DNA of 51,134 nt from a virus (IMGVR_UViG_3300037247_000500:1-51134); one strand, 5' to 3'; counted from the stretch's first letter, positions 1-7,798 are shown. Numbers and translations are program-made. Notes: generated by a model from the letters alone, not told the origin.

Positions 1-203
1 AGTATAATAATACGGATAATGATAGTTCTTTACCAGGATTCTGCCTAAATCCCAACCTGGACCATTTTTTTCCCACTTCAAAAATGGGAGCTTTCTCGGA
101 TTACTCCCGCCACACCACAGGGCTAAAGCAACAACCACTCTGGCGAATTCGTAAGGGGGTGTGTTTGCACAAGACCAGCAAGCAATTTTTTCTCCAGTTT
201 CTT
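1..203. repeat. Terminal direct repeat (circular assembly overlap), left copy
   Basis: 1-203 matches 50932-51134 except C79 vs T51010, which is synonymous (TTG/TTA Leu in terL). It lies inside a gene, so it is an overlap of a circular or permuted genome. Confidence 0.97.
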
Positions 204-1497
204 TGCATTTAATTGATACCACTGACTCGCTTGCTCCCTGCCCCTTACTTGTGTCGATTCCGAAGATGTAGTTTTTACTTTGATCAGGTCTACCGAGTAC
301 GAGATTTGTCCAGATTTGCAGTTTTCCATTCTTCGCCTTTCTGACATCTACCATCTTAGTGTCCCGTTGTTGTATAATCCTCGCCATCTTGGATTCAGGG
401 ACATTCTGTTTCATAATTATATTCAATCGAATCAATGAATCACGAGCAAACAACTGAATGTGTTTATCTATATTTGAGATTGTAAATATTGTCTCACCAG
501 ATTCAATATCCTCTGCAAGAATTTCCTGAGCTACTTCCTGTGGGCTTCTTACTGCTTCCTCTAAGTCAAACCAGGGTGATCTAATATGGTATCGTCCAAG
601 ATCATCCTGTCGAATATATCTGTCTTTTCCCTTTTCCGGGTGGTTCCAGTACATCAACTCGAAAACTTCTATTTGTCCTGAATTCTTCCATCGAGTATAT
701 TCTGTACCAGCACCAAACGGAGTTGAGTTCACAAGTCTACAAGGTGCAACATCTCTAGTAGCTGATCGAATTTGCTGACCGTTTTCAGTTTTTGCAAACT
801 CATCAAGAAACACTAAAGCTGCTCGACCACCAGATAAAGAAATAGCAGTTGTAGCTTCCCCCGCCAACGTATTACCCATAATTTCATTTACTATCTTTAA
901 TTTTGTCCTGTTATCCTTGCCCCTTGTCAGCACACCAAAAGGACGCATCCAAACAGGAAGCCACTGATTTATATAATCATGTTTCCAAAATAATGAGTCA
1001 GAAGTACCGTCAACCAAACCTTCTTTATGTGACATTTCACGAATTTCTGTTGATGGTCTAAACAACCAAAACCAATGCAAAAAAATCAAGCATAACCAAC
1101 TTGCACCCATATTACGAGATTTCTTTATAAGAAGATCTTTACCTTCTTTGAAACAATATTCCATTCTAGCAGCAACTAAATCCTGTATCGGCCAAGTTAT
1201 AAAAGGCCAATCAGCAACTTCCGCAGGTTTAGATCTATGTGTTTCTGGATCAACATCTTCCTGATGATAGGTCCATACAAACGTATTTACCCAATAAAGA
1301 AAACTGTTAGCACAAGCCGCCATTAAATCCTTTTGAAGCACTTGATCACCATCAGCTTCTCTCAAAAGTTCCTTTCTATATTCTATATTAGCATCAAGTC
1401 GCTTCGGAACCCATAATTCAGTAATAGGATCGAACCACATCTCAGGATGCTGCAAGGGAACATCAAATTGTGGTTTAGTTGTGTAACCTTCCGGCAT
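1..1497 (-). CDS. terL: Terminase large subunit, N-terminal 499 codons (continues at 50931->50512; about 638 aa in total)
   Basis: Missing from the ORF track because it runs off the window edge. Manual translation gives start MPEGYTTKPQ, FITWPIQ, Walker A-type KKSRNMGASW and RNase H-fold nuclease motif YIFGIDTSKGQGASES. The frame joins ORF 50512..51069 exactly. Confidence 0.93.
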   Translation of the reverse strand, partial: MPEGYTTKPQFDVPLQHPEMWFDPITELWVPKRLDANIEYRKELLREADGDQVLQKDLMAACANSFLYWVNTFVWTYHQEDVDPETHRSKPAEVADWPFITWPIQDLVAARMEYCFKEGKDLLIKKSRNMGASWLCLIFLHWFWLFRPSTEIREMSHKEGLVDGTSDSLFWKHDYINQWLPVWMRPFGVLTRGKDNRTKLKIVNEIMGNTLAGEATTAISLSGGRAALVFLDEFAKTENGQQIRSATRDVAPCRLVNSTPFGAGTEYTRWKNSGQIEVFELMYWNHPEKGKDRYIRQDDLGRYHIRSPWFDLEEAVRSPQEVAQEILAEDIESGETIFTISNIDKHIQLFARDSLIRLNIIMKQNVPESKMARIIQQRDTKMVDVRKAKNGKLQIWTNLVLGRPDQSKNYIFGIDTSKGQGASESVVSIKCKETGEKIACWSCANTPPYEFARVVVALALWCGGSNPRKLPFLKWEKNGPGWDLGRILVKNYHYPYYYT

Positions 1498-1502
1498 TTT
1501 TC

Positions 1503-1874
1503 CTATTCACTTTTTTTGGAGAGCTTGTTTATTCTGTTCTTGTTTTTACGAGAGATCTTATCAGGAATACTCTCGGATTTTTTCTTTTCATCCTCGAAAC
1601 TGCCAACCCGACCCTCCATGCGGTCTATTATAACATCCATTGCGTGTTTGTCAGGTGAAGAATATTCTGTTGTAATCTTACCAGTTTCCATATCTACAAC
1701 TTTAGACCTTCCTAAAGCCATATCCCAAAGCAACCGGGCTAAAGCCTCAGCTCTAGTTATTACAGTATCTTCACCAGCCACTTTCTCTTGAGCAACTGAA
1801 CGTATAAAACTCGAAATCAGATGCCCGGCTCGTTTCTTGTTCCCGGCTTCTAGTTTATCTTTAATAGTTTTCAT
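1503..1874 (-). CDS. terS: Putative terminase small subunit
   Basis: Directly upstream of terL. Helical protein with a TRAEALAR...IIDRMEGR pattern typical of small terminases. Confidence 0.7.
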   Translation of the reverse strand: MKTIKDKLEAGNKKRAGHLISSFIRSVAQEKVAGEDTVITRAEALARLLWDMALGRSKVVDMETGKITTEYSSPDKHAMDVIIDRMEGRVGSFEDEKKKSESIPDKISRKNKNRINKLSKKSE

Positions 1875-1978
1875 TTATTATCTATAAATATGGCATATAT
1901 TAAAACTGCAAAGGGCAACCAAAGCGGCATAAAAGCAAAAAAACCTAAGAACAATATGTTAATTGGGTCGTATTTCAT
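1871..1978 (-). CDS. 35-aa membrane micropeptide
   Basis: MKYDPINILFLGFFAFMPLWLPFAVLIYAIFIDNK. TAATG overlap with the protease stop and ATGA overlap with the terS start. Confidence 0.6.
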   Translation of the reverse strand: MKYDPINILFLGFFAFMPLWLPFAVLIYAIFIDNK

Positions 1979-2766
1979 TATCTCATTTCTTGACTGTAAC
2001 CGTCCCAAATATATACTTGCGTTTCTTCAAACTCATAATTATCAAGTGCAAACATAATATCAATCAACACCAAATCTTTCACGACAAGATCAACAGGTAC
2101 GCAATAAATAAGAACCGGGCTAAATCCACCAACCAAAATTCCCCGTACCTTACCATCCATAGTGAAAATAGCACAACCGCTATTACCTGGGTGTCCAGCG
2201 GCATCAGTCGTAAATGTAACTGCCCAACCAAATTCCTCATATTCATAATCTGTTGCCCACTCATCAAAATTCCTATCTAATCCCGATATAATGCCAAGTG
2301 TTATTGAGTTAAAGTTTAGTTTCCCATACGGACTACCTATTACGAATACTTGCTGTCCAAGTCTACAGTCTTTAATACTATCTAACTTCGCAGGTTTTAA
2401 GACTTTTTTGTTTAACTTAATAAACCCCAAATCATATTTCTTACTGGATATTGCTTTAGTCGCTTTTAGTTCACATCCATTACTCAAAGTGATAGTAAAA
2501 TTAGTCCCGCCTTCAACAACATGCCTAGCAGTAAGAATTATATCTCTAGTTATTGCAACACCGCTTCCCTGCCAGTCCTGTGTTTCATTCATTATGTGAA
2601 CCACAGAATCAGACACTTGTTCGACTATATCAGGCAAGGTTACTTGTTGTGGAACTACAAGTTGCTCTGATTGCAGTAACTTCAAGCCAAACCAAAACCA
2701 AAAGCTGAGGGCAATTATCGCAACCATTATTGCCATAGTTATTAATTTATTTTCCCCCTTACTCAT
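1978..2766 (-). CDS. Membrane-anchored trypsin-like (S1C/HtrA-type) serine protease, no PDZ domain
   Basis: N-terminal TM helix, GSGV, ILTARHVV (His), YDLGFIK (Asp), VIGSPYG, HPGNSGC (Ser). Confidence 0.92.
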   Translation of the reverse strand: MSKGENKLITMAIMVAIIALSFWFWFGLKLLQSEQLVVPQQVTLPDIVEQVSDSVVHIMNETQDWQGSGVAITRDIILTARHVVEGGTNFTITLSNGCELKATKAISSKKYDLGFIKLNKKVLKPAKLDSIKDCRLGQQVFVIGSPYGKLNFNSITLGIISGLDRNFDEWATDYEYEEFGWAVTFTTDAAGHPGNSGCAIFTMDGKVRGILVGGFSPVLIYCVPVDLVVKDLVLIDIMFALDNYEFEETQVYIWDGYSQEMR

Positions 2767-2774
2767 CTTACTCC

Positions 2775-3185
2775 CTACTCCACTCTCCTTAAATATCCAA
2801 TACCAGAAGTAGTATCAGTAGCATAATGCAACACATACCCATCAGCCGGGATCTTAAACAGAATCGTTTGATACAGTGGACACACCCACCGCACATTTCC
2901 AGCAACCTGTGTATCAACCAGACTAAAATAGAACCCACCGGTCACGAGAGATGTAAACACATAGGTCTTACCGGGCAACACACCAACTGAACCATCAGTG
3001 TTTGCTGTACCATTTGTCAACCTCTGAGTCTCGCCCGCTACCGTTGACGCTGCCATTACATCCACCTGGTCCTGAACTAGAAGTTTTAGTTCCTCTAATC
3101 GTGTTTCTATGTCACGCTGTTTATTTTCGGTACTTGGATCTATTCGTTCTTTTGTACTGCCTTTACTAATATAAACATCACTCAT
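2775..3185 (-). CDS. Hypothetical protein (coiled coil plus small beta domain; possibly virion-associated)
   Basis: ORF track. Start moved to MSDVY behind a GGGAGAG SD. Confidence 0.7.
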   Translation of the reverse strand: MSDVYISKGSTKERIDPSTENKQRDIETRLEELKLLVQDQVDVMAASTVAGETQRLTNGTANTDGSVGVLPGKTYVFTSLVTGGFYFSLVDTQVAGNVRWVCPLYQTILFKIPADGYVLHYATDTTSGIGYLRRVE

Positions 3186-3408
3186 TTCTTTCTCTCCCAT
3201 TGTGTAATGATCTATCAACCAGCAAACGATTACTATTAAATGTAGCTTGTCTTAACTGTATATCCATTAGATCCTCGTGCATTTTCGTCGAATCCGACAA
3301 GTCACTTAACTCTCTCGCAAAATCCTCAAAGCTCATATCCTGACCATCAGGCCCGAACATATCCCATGCTTCTTTGGCTTTCGCTATCTGTTTTGGTGTT
3401 AACGGCAT
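3178..3408 (-). CDS. Hypothetical protein, 76 aa
   Basis: ORF with AAGGA SD, coupled to the next gene. Confidence 0.7.
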   Translation of the reverse strand: MPLTPKQIAKAKEAWDMFGPDGQDMSFEDFARELSDLSDSTKMHEDLMDIQLRQATFNSNRLLVDRSLHNGRERNE

Positions 3409-3574
3409 ATCGGTTTCCTTTTAGATAAAAACCAGTATCGAATTCTTAACCTACCCAGTATCCAGTCTCCCCTAGATATGCTCCATCTACTTTTTCTATA
3501 AAACATCACCTTTAATTTCAAGATTTTTGAGGTAGGCCAATAATTCTCCCACCACCATATAATCGGAGATGTAT

Positions 3575-3703
3575 TCATTCTATGGGTTCTCCATCTTCAA
3601 GTGTATAAATATCTGGCTCATTTTCCCATAGAGTTTCTCAAGGATATAAAGCTCTCCAATTTTCAAAACCACCAACATTCGTTGCCGTTTCTATATCTTC
3701 CAC
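3575..3703 (-). pseudogene. 42-codon ORF with one internal TGA
   Basis: VEDIETATNVGGFENWRALYP*ETLWENEPDIYTLEDGEPIE*. TAGTG overlap at the start, ATGA overlap at the end, internal TGA at 3638-3640. Confidence 0.45.
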
Positions 3704-4242
3704 TAACTCTCCACACTCAATATTGGCTCATTCAACAACACTCGAAAATTCTGTGTCCGGCCAATATCTGTAATATACACAAATTCAATTCGGAGTCCCC
3801 ATCCCTGGCTTTCCTCTCGGAGTCCCTTAGTGATCACGGATTCAAGTTCTTCAATATCGAGGCCATCCGCAACCCGACCCCTTATATACCGCTGAATGAT
3901 CCCCAGAGCCAATGCCTGAATACAATCATCATAATCGAAAATCTCCAGGATCGCCTTCCGAGCATTACTAACCTTGTACCTAATTGCTCCAGATACAGTC
4001 ATCTCAGTATGATCGAGTGTCCACACAGACTGTGCTCGGAGATCTTTCACCTGTGTTCTGATCTTAATTGCCTCGCAGTCCTGAATCAAAGGCCAATACA
4101 CGTACCAGCCGGATTTCATTTCCGTGACTCTTGTCCCCAATGTGACCCGAACTCCAGCCTCATCCGGGTTGACCAGGAATATGCGAGGCACTAACCGTAA
4201 TACGGTACTAAACAGATCTGATATTTCACTTAGGAAGGCCAT
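3703..4242 (-). CDS. SPFH/band 7 domain protein
   Basis: VNPDEAGVRVTLG...GWYVYWPLI...QSVWTLD...VSGAIRYKV...WGLRIEFVYITDI. Confidence 0.9.
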   Translation of the reverse strand: MAFLSEISDLFSTVLRLVPRIFLVNPDEAGVRVTLGTRVTEMKSGWYVYWPLIQDCEAIKIRTQVKDLRAQSVWTLDHTEMTVSGAIRYKVSNARKAILEIFDYDDCIQALALGIIQRYIRGRVADGLDIEELESVITKGLREESQGWGLRIEFVYITDIGRTQNFRVLLNEPILSVES

Positions 4243-4454
4243 TAATTCCTACCTTGGTAGTTTATTGTTTGACGCGAACTTGATGCTGGTCTTGAAGTTG
4301 TATTGCAAGTTATACTGAGTTTTTCGGCTTCCCTCTTTTTAAAGTCTATACAGTTAGCTGGTCCACCTTTAATCCACGCTCTTAAGCAACCATAATGCCG
4401 TGAATTACATGAATACTTACTGCACTCAACTTTTTCTTCAGTCTCAATACTCAT
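4242..4454 (-). CDS. Cys-rich hypothetical protein
   Basis: ORF track; GGAGA SD; TAATG coupling to SPFH. Confidence 0.6.
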   Translation of the reverse strand: MSIETEEKVECSKYSCNSRHYGCLRAWIKGGPANCIDFKKREAEKLSITCNTTSRPASSSRQTINYQGRN

Positions 4455-4601
4455 CTATGCTTCTCCAAGTGGCTGTTTATATTCTACCTCATGGATCAAT
4501 ACAAGTTTTCCTGTTGAGGGATCTTTTATGGAAAATTTAATTGGCCTCGTTACCCACTGTTGGGGTATAACGATAGGTTTTTCGACTTCTTTCTTTTTCA
4601 T
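4455..4601 (-). CDS. 48-aa hypothetical protein flanked by 17-bp direct repeats
   Basis: MKKKEVEKPIVIPQQWVTRPIKFSIKDPSTGKLVLIHEVEYKQPLGEA. TCATCTATGCTTCTCCA at 4451-4467 and 4598-4614. Confidence 0.7.
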   Translation of the reverse strand: MKKKEVEKPIVIPQQWVTRPIKFSIKDPSTGKLVLIHEVEYKQPLGEA

Positions 4602-4726
4602 CTATGCTTCTCCACGTATAATGCCTGATCCTGACGACCTTTACGATATGCACACTGCCAAACGGATCTCGAAACTAAGAGATGTACGACCAACAAGAAA
4701 ATCCACATGATAATTAGGAACCACAT
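4598..4726 (-). CDS. 42-aa N-terminally anchored membrane peptide, first gene of the - arm
   Basis: MWFLIIMWIFLLVVHLLVSRSVWQCAYRKGRQD.... The listed TTG start at 4813 is really the -35 box. Confidence 0.6.
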   Translation of the reverse strand: MWFLIIMWIFLLVVHLLVSRSVWQCAYRKGRQDQALYVEKHR

Positions 4727-4784
4727 ATGTGCGTTTTTAGCCTCCAATCGAATGAAATCTCTAAAGACTGCTTGAGTATACTCT

Positions 4785-4813
4785 ATTATACCATATTCCA
4801 GCCCTAATGTCAA
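4785..4813 (-). promoter_or_regulatory. Consensus sigma70 promoter driving the packaging/structural arm
   Basis: TTGACA (4813-4808), 17-nt spacer, TATAAT (4790-4785), with an extended -10 TG. Confidence 0.85.
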
Positions 4814-4911
4814 ACATAATCTCAGAATTTTATAATATTTCTACCCCACACCACTCTATGTGCCTACGTTTTGTACCAGTTGTATTTCCATTTACAACCT
4901 TATTTGATCCA

Positions 4912-4961
4912 GTCCACATATATGTAGACAAAATTGCTATAAAGTCCACATATATATGGAC
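4912..4961. promoter_or_regulatory. Two 18-bp imperfect palindromes (operator-like)
   Basis: GTCCACATATATGTAGAC (4912-4929) and GTCCACATATATATGGAC (4944-4961), 32 bp apart. Confidence 0.6.
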
Positions 4962-5361
4962 TTGTTTGTTTGATCATTAACCTCAGTCAACTAGGTTAAT
5001 GTACTTTACCCAGGTCAAACCTCCTATGTTACTTCAGTTTACTTTAGGTAACATAAGCTGTATAAAAGTCAGTTTTCATGCACATATCTAAACTGCTCCC
5101 TACCTCCCTATCCTATATTAGTGACTCATCTATGAACTACAAAGTCTGTTGTGGCTCATAAAACAGTATATAGTATCCACAACCCCTCACCCCCTTATAA
5201 ACACTATAACTCCTATAACTGGATAGGGTCCCCCTGGAGATCTGTCGCTCGTTGCCGGGAGGGGGGAGGGACTCCTAGTCCCATAACACGAATTCGAAGG
5301 TGGTACGGGGCAGGTCTGCCTTTGCTTCGCTTACCTTCAGCTCTTGTCTGGTCTATGTATA

Positions 5362-5849
5362 CTAGGTAAAATCCCAAACCCTAACACTCACGAGCTACCG
5401 AGCTGCATTAGTAGCAGGCTGTTGTCTGTTGTGTAAGTGACCGAGTCATGCTCTGTTGTATACGCGTTGCCTAGCACAACAACACATAACCAGCCAGACA
5501 CACGGCCCATCTATATAGGACTATTTTAGTCCTACTTTACAGCCTACTCAACTGCTGTCGATGTTACCTAGATTTACCTAGACTTACATAGACAGCTAAT
5601 CGGCCTTAATCTAGGTATTAACCTCTATATCTAGGTATACTAGGTATATTATAAAAAGATTATAAGAGTATAAATACGTGTATATAGAGAATATACGTGT
5701 ATATGGAATACGTGTATATATAGAGACTTTTGTAAAATACCTAGTATACCTAGACTTACCTAGTCCGAGCACTGTAAGTATATACTAGACAATATGTTAT
5801 GTGTTTTGTGTATTTTGGGTTTACCTAGTCTTTACCTAGTCTTACCTAG
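5362..5849. repeat. Iteron array (12x TACCTAG, 3x ATACGTGTATAT); candidate origin or packaging site
   Basis: TACCTAG at 5565, 5575, 5738, 5747, 5757, 5822, 5833, 5843; its reverse complement at 5362, 5611, 5631, 5640; 12-mers at 5674, 5693, 5708; AT-rich core. Confidence 0.8.
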
Positions 5850-5883
5850 ACCGAAATATTTTTTGAGTCTTACGAGATTATAC

Positions 5884-5912
5884 TTGACATTGACCTATTT
5901 ATGTGTTATACT
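5884..5912 (+). promoter_or_regulatory. Sigma70 early promoter
   Basis: TTGACA, 17-nt spacer, TATACT, with a TGn extended -10. Confidence 0.85.
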
Positions 5913-5963
5913 TTACATATCAAGAACACCAACAAGCTATTTGATAATTTAAGGGGATTTAAG

Positions 5964-6146
5964 ATGTTAGCAAAAGACCTAATCGAACAGTTGGAACAGT
6001 TAGAACCAGATGCCGAATGTATGTTTGCAGAATATGACAAAAAGAATGGTCAAATAATATTATGGTGGTTAAATATCTGTTGTAATCAGGAACATCAAGC
6101 AGAACAACAACAGGTATGGTTCAACAAAGGATTTTTAGCACAATAA
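5964..6146 (+). CDS. Early hypothetical protein (xxELIxxL type)
   Basis: AAGGGGA SD before MLAKDLIEQLEQLEPDAE. Confidence 0.7.
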   Translation: MLAKDLIEQLEQLEPDAECMFAEYDKKNGQIILWWLNICCNQEHQAEQQQVWFNKGFLAQ

Positions 6147-6197
6147 CAACCAGCAAAACCAGCCAGCTGTCAGGTTGGTTGGTCTTGTTGGCTGTTA
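6144..6197 (+). other. Long imperfect RNA hairpin (possible RNase III site)
   Basis: TAACAACCAGCAAAACCAGCCA pairs with TGGTTGGTCTTGTTGGCTGTTA with G-U pairs and two A-C mismatches. No U tract follows. Confidence 0.55.
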
Positions 6198-6212
6198 AAT
6201 TGGAGTATTAAA

Positions 6213-6320
6213 ATGAACAGACAAGAACAGATAATCAAAAACGGCATAGCCTACTTAATTATCTGGACAATAGCAATGGCATTAGTACTAATTGGGGGCG
6301 GTATTCTATACCGTAGTTAA
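6213..6320 (+). CDS. 35-aa membrane micropeptide
   Basis: GGAG SD; MNRQEQIIKNGIAYLIIWTIAMALVLIGGGILYRS. Confidence 0.65.
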   Translation: MNRQEQIIKNGIAYLIIWTIAMALVLIGGGILYRS

Positions 6321-6416
6321 ATGATTAAGCGAATATGTAACTGGGTTGGTTTTGAGTATAGTATAGCAATACTAACCGTTTGGTGTTATTTGAGTTTATT
6401 GTAAGAGGATTGTAAA

Positions 6417-6632
6417 ATGTTTACTGAAAGTGAAAAACAAATCATTAGAAAAATAAGAATTTTTATCAAAAACAATAATGGTATTTATTATTTTTGGTTC
6501 CTTTATGATATGAAGGACAAAGCAATAAGCTGGGAGGGCGGGTTAAACCTACCTACTAATTCACTATTTCGTAATAGGTTTAACATAATACCAGGAAAAC
6601 ACGAAAGAGCAAAGAAAACAATTATTGGCTAA
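6417..6632 (+). CDS. Hypothetical protein
   Basis: ORF with GAGG SD. Confidence 0.6.
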   Translation: MFTESEKQIIRKIRIFIKNNNGIYYFWFLYDMKDKAISWEGGLNLPTNSLFRNRFNIIPGKHERAKKTIIG

Positions 6633-6882
6633 CAATCCACAATACCGATCAACAAGACGGCCGTTGTTGGTTGGTACTATGAATTGTCTAATAACACAAC
6701 AAGGCAAGGTTATCAGATGCGAAAGTAGTATGCATGAAATAGTTTGTAAACGTGAAACAGGACGTGACTTGATGCAATTTGTAACAAAAGATAACGGAGT
6801 CCGCGTGAAACCCCGTTATCCAGACAACGAGACTATTGCTGTTGAGTATAGCAGAAAACCGAATGCAAAGCAAATAAGGTAA
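6625..6882 (+). CDS. Hypothetical protein, possibly C-terminally truncated
   Basis: ORF track. Followed by a startless 37-codon open frame ending at 6991. Confidence 0.55.
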   Translation: MANNPQYRSTRRPLLVGTMNCLITQQGKVIRCESSMHEIVCKRETGRDLMQFVTKDNGVRVKPRYPDNETIAVEYSRKPNAKQIR

Positions 6883-6992
6883 AAACAAAGGAACATTTGT
6901 TTGTATAGGTAAATTACCTAAAAATAAAACTGATAAAACCTGGAAAAAACATACAATAAAACGAGGTAAATTTACAGTAGAAAAGGTTTAAC

Positions 6993-7169
6993 ATGGGACG
7001 CAGACGAAAAGATGGTCTGACCGCACAAATAGAACAACGCCGCAAGGCGAGAACAACACAAGAGCACGCCGACTATCAGGCGAGTATTTGGGTTGCATTA
7101 CACGGCACTGTCAAGGCCGAGATTGTAGCGTTGTTGACTTTAGAAAAGATACGGGCACAAATAAAATAA
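6993..7169 (+). CDS. 58-aa hypothetical protein
   Basis: Manual translation MGRRRKDGLTAQIEQRRK...; AAGG SD. Confidence 0.6.
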   Translation: MGRRRKDGLTAQIEQRRKARTTQEHADYQASIWVALHGTVKAEIVALLTLEKIRAQIK

Positions 7170-7178
7170 GGGGATGAA

Positions 7179-7346
7179 ATGATAAGAAAGATAATGCAGG
7201 ATTTGAAAAAAGCGTATGGATTTACTATGGCTGATGCGATGGTCATAGTATTGGAAATCAGAGACTTAAATCAATGGCTGGACTTTAACGATTTGAAATT
7301 ACAATCGTTTAGGTTCGCCGCACGACTTGTGAACGGAGGATGTTAA
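7179..7346 (+). CDS. 55-aa hypothetical protein
   Basis: AAGGGGA SD; MIRKIMQDLKKAYG.... Confidence 0.6.
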   Translation: MIRKIMQDLKKAYGFTMADAMVIVLEIRDLNQWLDFNDLKLQSFRFAARLVNGGC

Positions 7347-7544
7347 ATGACAAATTACATGGCAACAGCAATAGCAGAGGGTTTTTGTGAAGGTGAAGGT
7401 GTTACCGAACAAGAACAGATTGAAGCATGGCAGCATCTTATAAACACTGGATTAGCCTGGACGTTGCAAGGTTGGTTTGGACGTCAAGCAAAAGCTTTAA
7501 TAGAAGCTGGTATTTGTATTCCGGCTCAGAAGACGATAAGATGA
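7347..7544 (+). CDS. Conserved small phage early protein (LINTGLAWTLQGWFGR family)
   Basis: The motif QxLIxTGxAWxLQGxxGRxAxxLIE is widespread in phages; GGAGG SD. Confidence 0.8.
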   Translation: MTNYMATAIAEGFCEGEGVTEQEQIEAWQHLINTGLAWTLQGWFGRQAKALIEAGICIPAQKTIR

Positions 7545-7625
7545 AAGAATTGAGTTGTGAATGTGGAAATGAAAGCGAATTTATTGAAGAAACAAAAATA
7601 GCTTTAGAAGTATGTGGAGGTAAAG

Positions 7626-7790
7626 ATGAAACATAAAGTCGAGATAATAGAAACATTGTCAAGAATTGTAGAAGTTGAAGCACAAACGCCGGACGATGCT
7701 ATTGATATAATTGCAGACCAATACAACAACGAAGGTATCGTTTTAGATGCAACAGATTACAATGATGTTGAAATCAATATTCAGGAATGA
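7626..7790 (+). CDS. DpnD/PcfM-family protein, 54 aa
   Basis: MKHKVEIIETLSRIVEVEAQTPDDAIDIIADQYNNEGIVLDATDY matches the family pattern; GGAGG SD. Confidence 0.8.
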   Translation: MKHKVEIIETLSRIVEVEAQTPDDAIDIIADQYNNEGIVLDATDYNDVEINIQE

Positions 7791-7798
7791 TGAACAAT

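Noticed and set aside
1-203. Physical terminal repeat of the virion DNA
   Set aside because: It falls mid-terL, so it is better explained as an assembly overlap.
123-347. 74-aa ORF from the track
   Set aside because: It is an alternate frame inside terL, whose frame carries the nuclease motifs.
3638-3640. Genome-wide stop-codon reassignment
   Set aside because: TGA, TAG and TAA all end genes with tight stop/start coupling, and the core genes are intact in code 11.
3601-4194. 197-aa + strand ORF, and similar antisense ORFs such as 11844-12221, 29455-30187 and 32517-32903
   Set aside because: These are shadows of well-supported genes on the opposite strand and show no motifs.
5151-5369. 72-aa ORF in the control region
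   Set aside because: No SD, upstream of the early promoter, and it spans the G-rich structural tract.
5560-5850. CRISPR mini-array
   Set aside because: The repeats are 7-12 bp with no spacer-length unique inserts. The Cas4-like gene sits in a Sak4/SSB recombination context.
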